From positions 1 to 5,961 of IMG/VR virus record IMGVR_UViG_2657245112_000002: DNA of 5,961 bases; one strand, given 5' to 3'. The position numbers and the translations under genes are program-made. Position 1 is the stretch's first letter. Each line of letters begins with the position of its first letter. Below, in pieces: positions 5,385 through 5,961 of this stretch. Source of the stretch: a virus. Its lineage: Duplodnaviria > Heunggongvirae > Uroviricota > Caudoviricetes. Below the pieces are notes generated by a model. The model saw only the letters and a list, made by a program, of their open reading frames with translations, ran no database searches and was not told the DNA's origin.

Positions 5385-5961
5385 ATGGAAACCGTATTGC
5401 ATGCACTGAAAGCGATGGGTAAAGCCAATTCTGTTGAACTGGCGGCGCGGCTTGATATCAGCCGTGAAGAAGTTCTCAACGAACTGTGGGAACTCAAAAA
5501 AAATGGCGTTGTTGATAAAACGGGTCACACCTGGTTTCTGGCTGGTGAAGGTGAATCCGGGGTAACCGAAGAGCAGCCAGCACAGTCTGAAGTACCGGAT
5601 GTGCTGACCGGGGAGGTCGAACAAAAAGTTACCGCGGACATGATGATTGAGTTTATCTGTCAGGATGGGGCTAAAACGTGTGAGGAACTGGCGGATAAGT
5701 TCGGTGTTAGCATTCGCAAGGTTGCTTCCACGTTGGCGGTCGTAACAGCAACGGGGCGCCTGGCACGCGTAAATCAGAACGGTAAATTTCGTTACTGCAT
5801 ACCGGGCGCTGATTTACCGGCAGAGCCGGAAGCTGCATCCGTAGCGGAAACCGATGGTAAAGCCTTTCCTCAGCCAACAGGTGTTGCGTTACCAGTCCAG
5901 GAAACGACGACACAGGAAGAAATAAAAACTGAAAGTGTGGCGGTCACAGTGCAGTCACAGC
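5385..5961 (+). CDS. hypothetical protein, partial (3' end beyond window), two tandem winged-helix-like repeats
   Basis: Not in the ORF track because it runs off the window. ATG 5385 is preceded by GGAGGA (5372-5377); no in-frame stop to 5961. Translation begins [43 protein letters not shown]…; a second similar segment reads [42 protein letters not shown]. Confidence 0.6.
   Translation, partial: METVLHALKAMGKANSVELAARLDISREEVLNELWELKKNGVVDKTGHTWFLAGEGESGVTEEQPAQSEVPDVLTGEVEQKVTADMMIEFICQDGAKTCEELADKFGVSIRKVASTLAVVTATGRLARVNQNGKFRYCIPGADLPAEPEAASVAETDGKAFPQPTGVALPVQETTTQEEIKTESVAVTVQSQ

Noticed and set aside
4630-5406. Minus-strand ORFs 4630..4986 and 5200..5406 inside the DnaC-like gene
   Set aside because: Antisense to a gene with clear Walker motifs and a ribosome-binding site.
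5382-5913. Minus-strand ORFs 5382..5624 and 5707..5913
   Set aside because: Antisense to the plus-strand ORF that starts at 5385 with a strong GGAGGA and stays open to the window end.

Overview
This window reads as the immunity and replication core of a lambdoid (Rac/CP-933P-like) enterobacterial prophage, plus an AT-rich cargo cassette to its left. All calls are from reading the sequence and ORF track by eye; no database search was possible. Leftward (minus strand) from the switch region: an XRE-family HTH repressor too short to carry a LexA-type S24 peptidase domain, then a small antitoxin and a ParE-family toxin (the PaaR-PaaA-ParE three-component arrangement), then an intrinsic terminator. 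Beyond the terminator lie operator-like palindromes around a perfect TTGACA, a 50-aa YdaF-like small protein, and a 216-aa protein of unknown function in a ~38% GC cassette, with a convergent 69-aa ORF abutting it tail-to-tail. Rightward (plus strand): a Cro/YdaS-like HTH protein, a YdaT-like (CII-analogue) protein, an O-like replication initiator whose coding sequence contains five ~23-bp iterons and four 12-bp tandem repeats (putative origin), a DnaC-like helicase loader, and a partial ORF with two winged-helix-like repeats. The first ~546 bp hold no convincing gene but contain a 19-bp perfect inverted repeat and nested palindromes. The best candidate for an undescribed function is the AT-rich cassette at 547-1571, sitting where lambdoid phages carry superinfection-exclusion or defence genes.
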